Source: Fistulifera solaris
Taxonomy: Eukaryota
Assembly: GCA_030295235.1 (NCBI GenBank)
Contig: AP026156.1
Span: 186,001-250,000 of the forward strand
Direction of reading: 5' to 3'
Length of the DNA: 64,000 nucleotides
The first letter of the stretch is position 1; the number at the start of each line of letters is the position of its first letter. Under the pieces are notes generated by a model, which searched no databases, was not told the origin of the DNA, and saw only the letters and a program-made list of their open reading frames with translations. Shown here piece after piece: positions 58,916 to 64,000 of the stretch. The position numbers and the translations under genes are program-made.

Positions 58916-60535
58916 TTAAGCAATCACACCGGGCCGTGTACTGCTGTACGCTCCCAAAGTAGCTTCAATGCCCCTTGCTTCAATGAGATGCATAGCTTTG
59001 GTAAATGCTTTCTTCATCAACGGGTGCTGTCCGGTCTCACCGTAGATATCCGTCATATCGAGCCAGCATTGAGGATTCTTCTTGGCGGCCAACGCGGTTT
59101 GGTGCAACCGATCCCACTGGGGATCATGAGGAGCCAAAATCGAGCCCGCTTCGGTGGTGCCTTGACAGTATCGACACCACATGGCACTCACAATGGCCAA
59201 ACCATCCACACTGCGGCCCGCTTCCAAATTGTCCTTCAAAACAGGGATCACAAACTTGGGCTGTCGACTGCTGCCATCGTACGCGTTGCGATGAATCGTA
59301 TCGTTCATGGTGGGATTCGAGAAGCGTCCGGCAATAACTTTCCAGTACTCTGCCAAGTTCGTTTCGGGTACGGGCCCAACCGTCGGAATAATCTCGTTCA
59401 CTTCGAGTGCATCCAAGAAAGCCCGAATCGGCGCGTGTTCCATGGCATCGTGCACATACTTCAAACCCAACAGAGCACTGGGATACACCAGACTGGCGTG
59501 TCCACCATTCAAAACGCGAATTTTCATATTTTCAAACGGATGTACGTCTTCCACAAATTGCACTCCGACTTGATCCAAATCGGGTCGTCCGTTCGAGAAC
59601 TTGTCTTCCAACACCCACTGTCGGAAGGGCTCACAAAAGACGGGAAATGCATCTTCGACACCGAACTGGTCCATCAGATAGTCGCGCTCGAGATCGGACG
59701 TTGCGGGTGTGATACGGTCTACCATACTGTTGGGAAACTGAACATTCTCTTCGATCCAGTCCGCCATGTACGGATCCGTCAGGCGTGCCATACCGAGCGT
59801 CACTTCTTTGCAAACATGTCCGTTTTCCGGGACATTGTCACACGACATGATCGTAAAAGGAGCTACTGCCGACTCTTTTCGTTTCTGTAAAGCTTGTATC
59901 ATGATTCCAAAGATGGTGGAAGGATGATCCGGATTTTCGATATCTTTCACAATGTGATGGTTATTCGGATCGAACTTTCCTGTGTTGGGGTTCAAAAGTA
60001 TCCACTTTCGGTGACCGTCAAACTAGCGATTTTGATATTGGGATTCAAAAGAGCTCGTTTGAGAGGCGCATGCGTGTGAAGGTCGACGGGACAAAAATCC
60101 ACCATACTCCCAATCACCCGTGCTTCAGCCGTATCTCCATCGCGTTCTACCAGTACTTGCAACCAGTCTTGCGATTCCAGCATGTCGCGTTTGTCCACAT
60201 CAAACGACATGACACCTCCACCCAAAATGCCCCAATTGTGCTGCGACGCATCCTTGTCGAGCAAATCGTCCATGTACGTCGCCATGTGCGCACGGTGAAA
60301 GTTACCGAGTCCGACCTGTGAAGAGAAAGAAATAAAGAAAGGAGAGAGAGAGTCCGTGAAAGGATGGAGCGCGCGCGAACGACGCACTCGTTCGTTGCAA
60401 ATAACTTACGTGTAAGATTCCTGGAGTAATGTTCGCACGATTGTACGAAGGGATCCGAATCGAGCTACTCAAGGATTTCAAAGCAGCATCGGAAAGACGC
60501 CAAGTCGAAGAGCGTTGTAATTGAACGGCGGCCAT
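58916..60535 (-). CDS. Mannitol 2-dehydrogenase family (polyol-specific long-chain dehydrogenase); intron 60316-60409, 1-nt frameshift near 60000
   Basis: 'GILH|VGLGNFHRAH', 'SLTVTESGY', 'MSCDN', 'FPNSMVDRITP', 'CEPFRQWVLED', catalytic 'KIRVLNGGH', 'RFSNP'. Confidence 0.93.
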
Positions 60536-61262
60536 TTTCTCCTTCAAAATGTGCGTTGGTCGAAAACAAAAATCTGCAGCAACGAAATGCCAAGCAAAAA
60601 CCAGTCGAGGCGTGAATTTATGAATGAAGATCAAAGAGACTCGAGTCAGAAAAAGCGAATGGTTGTCGTTTACATCGGCAAAACAAAAACAAAGGCAAGA
60701 TTCATTCCTTCGTCCGATCGACCGAACGGACAGAATTCGAACGCCATTTCCTTGCGTCTCTTAGAACTCACGTTTCATGTTCGTTTCTCCGAAACTCAGA
60801 TGGCTTAATTGTTGATTCTTGTTCTTGTGTTCTCTTTTTTGAAGGGTTTTCCCTTTCGACACACCTTCCCTTTCAATGAGCTTCGGAAAAATGTTGTGCG
60901 ATGCAAAAAGTGAACCCCCGAATTCTTATCTTTTCGCCGGACTGGAACACGTCACTGTGGCATAGAGTGTACGTGACAAGATCGGTCGGACATTTTTATA
61001 GCTAGAGTGGGAGAAAGACATGTCTCGTCCAGGGAAATGATCCTTTCTACAAGTAGTTTTTAGCAGACAAACCATTCCACTGAAACATATTGAGTGTAAG
61101 TTGTTAGTGAACTTTGCTTAAAAGTATCGCTAACGAGATTGTCTACGACTCCGTATTTACGTACTTTTGGGTGACCGACATCAAAGCATCGATTGAGTCG
61201 GTCCAACTAGATTTCTAGATTTTCTGGAACTAGTATTTGCGCAGGAACTACGGCTTCCAATG

Positions 61263-62096
61263 CTATGATTCCCGCTTTTCTACATCCTTCTTCTTATCTC
61301 GACCCAGCAGACTCGATATTTTGCGTTCAAACGAACTGACCGTCATTCCTCCCACGACCAACGGCACCCACAACATGGAGTACGGCAACAATCCATCGCG
61401 CAACAAATGCTCGGAAATCCATCGCGTCAGTGAACTATTCGCCATGGTCGTCCAATGCCACCACGCAGTTCCATTGATACTTCCCAAAACCAGACCGACC
61501 CCAATTTGTTCCCACGTATGAAAGGCTGTAATGCGGACGCGATAATACAAACTCATTGCTATATACAGCAACAAAGGAACCGCCGTAATGGGAAATTGAC
61601 AGGCAGTAAAGCAACCAATGAATCCCAAACTCATGGCGTGAGAGGATGGCATGCCGTGGTCGTTGGGCATAACAATATCGCTGGTGACGGATGTTGCATC
61701 GGCTGTGATGGGACGCTCTTGTCGCAAGAGTCGTTTGAGTATTTTTGACAAAATTCCATTCGAAACGGAACCCAAAAACAAAGAAACCGTCCAAGCGTTT
61801 CGAAAATAAACAATGGCACAAAAGACGGAACCGCCGACGAACAAAGAAGTGGTCGATCCGACGAATCGAATGACTTGTGTCATAGTATCATCTGTAATAG
61901 TAGTAGTAGTGCGGATATCATCGTCGAAAGGAGACGCCGTTCTGGTTGTAACAACAACCGCCAGTTTCCGAACGGATGCTCGGTGATGTAATGAAGTGGT
62001 GGCTGTCGTTGTCGGCATCATCATCACTCGAAAGGCCTCAATGGTCGGAAGAGCGGCAGAAACAATAACCAATAGGAATGCTACAGCCCGGAACAT
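61263..62096 (-). CDS. PAP2-family lipid phosphate phosphatase, probably plastid-targeted
   Basis: Motifs KRLLRQERP, MPSSH and RVRITAFHT. Signal peptide ending IEA|F followed by a Thr-rich transit-like region. Confidence 0.88.
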   Translation of the reverse strand: MFRAVAFLLVIVSAALPTIEAFRVMMMPTTTATTSLHHRASVRKLAVVVTTRTASPFDDDIRTTTTITDDTMTQVIRFVGSTTSLFVGGSVFCAIVYFRNAWTVSLFLGSVSNGILSKILKRLLRQERPITADATSVTSDIVMPNDHGMPSSHAMSLGFIGCFTACQFPITAVPLLLYIAMSLYYRVRITAFHTWEQIGVGLVLGSINGTAWWHWTTMANSSLTRWISEHLLRDGLLPYSMLWVPLVVGGMTVSSFERKISSLLGRDKKKDVEKRES

Positions 62097-63483
62097 ATGA
62101 ATATAATAAAGGAAGAAAACTCAATCAGTAGCGATAATAATACAACAGGTTTAGTGTTCCTCTTCTTTTGACTGATTGCCTTTTTCACGGTGTCATCATT
62201 ATTATTTTATCATCATCGTCGTCGGCACTTTTTTGTGCGATGAAAAAGTGCGTTGCGAAACGCGCGCGAGGCGGACGACGACCTGACCAACGGACACCGC
62301 TGCGATACAATTACTTAGATCGATTCCCTGTATAGAGTGAAAACATAGCGAACTGGAGTACCGCTAAGATGAAGTGTGCATCCCTTTTTTTCTTTTGCGA
62401 TGCTGATGAACAACAAATAACACCATAACGATGAGCTCTGCTCGAAGCATTGCATTTACTAATCGAGCGCCAAGAATTCGCTAATATAGTTGTAAACCAT
62501 GAAGCTTCATAGAAATAAAAGGCTATCTGAGAAATGAAAGCTGCGAAAAGGCAACCAGCTGTTATAGCGGCAGGTGTCGGAGGCAAATGCTTTCACTTGA
62601 CGTTACCGTTGTAGAAGCGTTGACTCTTTCCTGAAAATATCTCAAAGAACCTCACTTTTTGAACGAAGCAATTTGCGCTGTAAGATCGTGAGACAACGCA
62701 TTGGATGACACGCAACGCCATGAGGAGTTTTTCGTGCAGGAGTTTTGAACAATTTGCTGGGGTATTCCGAATACGGTGGACTCGACCGTAGACTCGGTCT
62801 CAAATCCAGTTCGATGCCGCGTTTGAAAGAAGCAAGGAAACTCGCAGCAACTCTACCCTACATGGGGTACACGAGAGATACAATTCACACCACTGAAAGA
62901 CGGCACTCCCCTACGAATGAATCATCCATTTCGATTGTTCAAGACCTCCTCGGAAATATCTCGCGGTCTTGGGCTTCTTGGCACTGCAATACCCGGCAGC
63001 TTGTGTAACGTACATCATGTACAAATAGGGCTCGATTTGCCGGAGCCCCTTCTTGTAGCAGGGTTGGCTGTTGATGATCGAACCAGTTGTCATGATCGAT
63101 GCATTCCATGCGAGCGTGGTCAAGCGGAATCCAGCTCAAGATATGTCATTCGCAATAGACTTCTTTGGATTGAATACGCATCAAGGGAGGAACAATCGTA
63201 GCCGCCTTCTGTTATAATATCCTCTCGAATTCCTGCTAACGAAGAAATGACTTGATTTCGGAAAACGCCAGCTGAGCTCTCTCAGAGAAGTCCGTGCTGC
63301 TTTTTCGTGGAAGCACTGTAACAACTCTCTTTTACAAAAGGGTGCGTACATGCACAACACGGACTATGATTTACTCGGAAAAGATTCTACTTATTGAAGG
63401 AATAAATTACGTCTCGGGTCATCGAGTGAAAGAGAAACAACAGGAACCGACAACTGCATGAAGGAACCTTGTCATTAGCTACC

Positions 63484-64000
63484 TCATTCATTTGCTGGTG
63501 CTAGTTCGACAAACATATCGATAACTCCAGGTATGCGATGAAACAGGCGTAGGCCATTGAGAAGCGCGACAAAGACAGGCAAATTATCGTGAACTGGACC
63601 CATCATGAGCAACAATGTGCCCAATTTCTTGTCATTTAGCATTCCAGAAACACGCTCGAAATCGAGTAAAACAGGTCGCATAACCGACAAGTCAACGGCG
63701 TCAAAGGCCTGCAAAAGTTGCTCTACTTGCATGCGCTGTGTTTGACTTCCGGTGAGCATCTCTTGCACTTTTGAACGGACAGCTAAAATTCGCTTTAGTT
63801 CCGTATTCTGAAACGCAAAATCGACAACTTGAGCAATAGCATCATGCGAAGCAATGATTCGCAGCTTGATGATAAGGACGGCCATGAGAAACGGTACTCT
63901 TAGCGGTAGCTCCCTCAATCCCGGGCTTTCCTCGAGTATATCGTCAAAACGACAGTTGTGCTCAGTGGGGTACTCCGTGTAGTCCCATGGCTGGACACGA
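63484..64000 (-). CDS. 3' part of a hypothetical protein (runs off the window)
   Basis: The frame is open from the window edge to the stop at 63484. Helical-looking sequence, no recognised motif. Confidence 0.5.
   Translation of the reverse strand, partial: RVQPWDYTEYPTEHNCRFDDILEESPGLRELPLRVPFLMAVLIIKLRIIASHDAIAQVVDFAFQNTELKRILAVRSKVQEMLTGSQTQRMQVEQLLQAFDAVDLSVMRPVLLDFERVSGMLNDKKLGTLLLMMGPVHDNLPVFVALLNGLRLFHRIPGVIDMFVELAPANE

Noticed and set aside
58988..59890. 300-aa plus-strand ORF
   Set aside because: Antisense shadow of mannitol dehydrogenase; the same applies to many other overlapping ORFs in the track.
62311..63480. Short ORFs that might be a decayed gene
   Set aside because: No continuous frame, splice path or motif could be supported.
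1..64000. tRNA/rRNA genes or prokaryotic defence systems
   Set aside because: None recognised by eye. The only tRNA-related sequence is the 14-nt PBS; a tRNAscan/Infernal run would be needed to exclude ncRNAs.

Overview
Eukaryotic nuclear DNA, most likely from a pennate diatom. This is inferred from the compact genes, the ~65-105 nt GT-AG introns, the bipartite 'xAF' plastid-type leaders and the CoDi-like Copia elements. The flanks hold ordinary genes: the 5' end of an HSF, CDC27, a TMX3-like thioredoxin, SppA, an SGNH-like membrane protein, a FemAB-like GNAT, an FKBP, COG6, a Chorein_N-like protein and a PAP2 phosphatase. The accessory core (~9.9-37.6 kb) has three parts. (1) A tandem array of four large 2OG-Fe(II) oxygenase units ending in NLS/SIM-like tails. 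(2) A deleted, non-autonomous Copia inserted into one unit next to its HxD motif; it appears to be primed by a half tRNA-Asn and itself contains a second, complete Copia. (3) A Gypsy element with unequal LTRs and no target-site duplication (TSD), enclosed in a non-coding shell bounded by terminal inverted repeats (TIRs) and a 5-bp TSD. Near the right end, a polyol/sugar MFS transporter, a secreted LPMO with a CBM1-like module and a mannitol dehydrogenase lie co-oriented and look like a small carbohydrate-utilisation cluster. Single-base frameshifts occur even in housekeeping genes, so many are probably assembly errors and pseudogene calls are weak. All family assignments come from motif recognition by eye; no searches were run.
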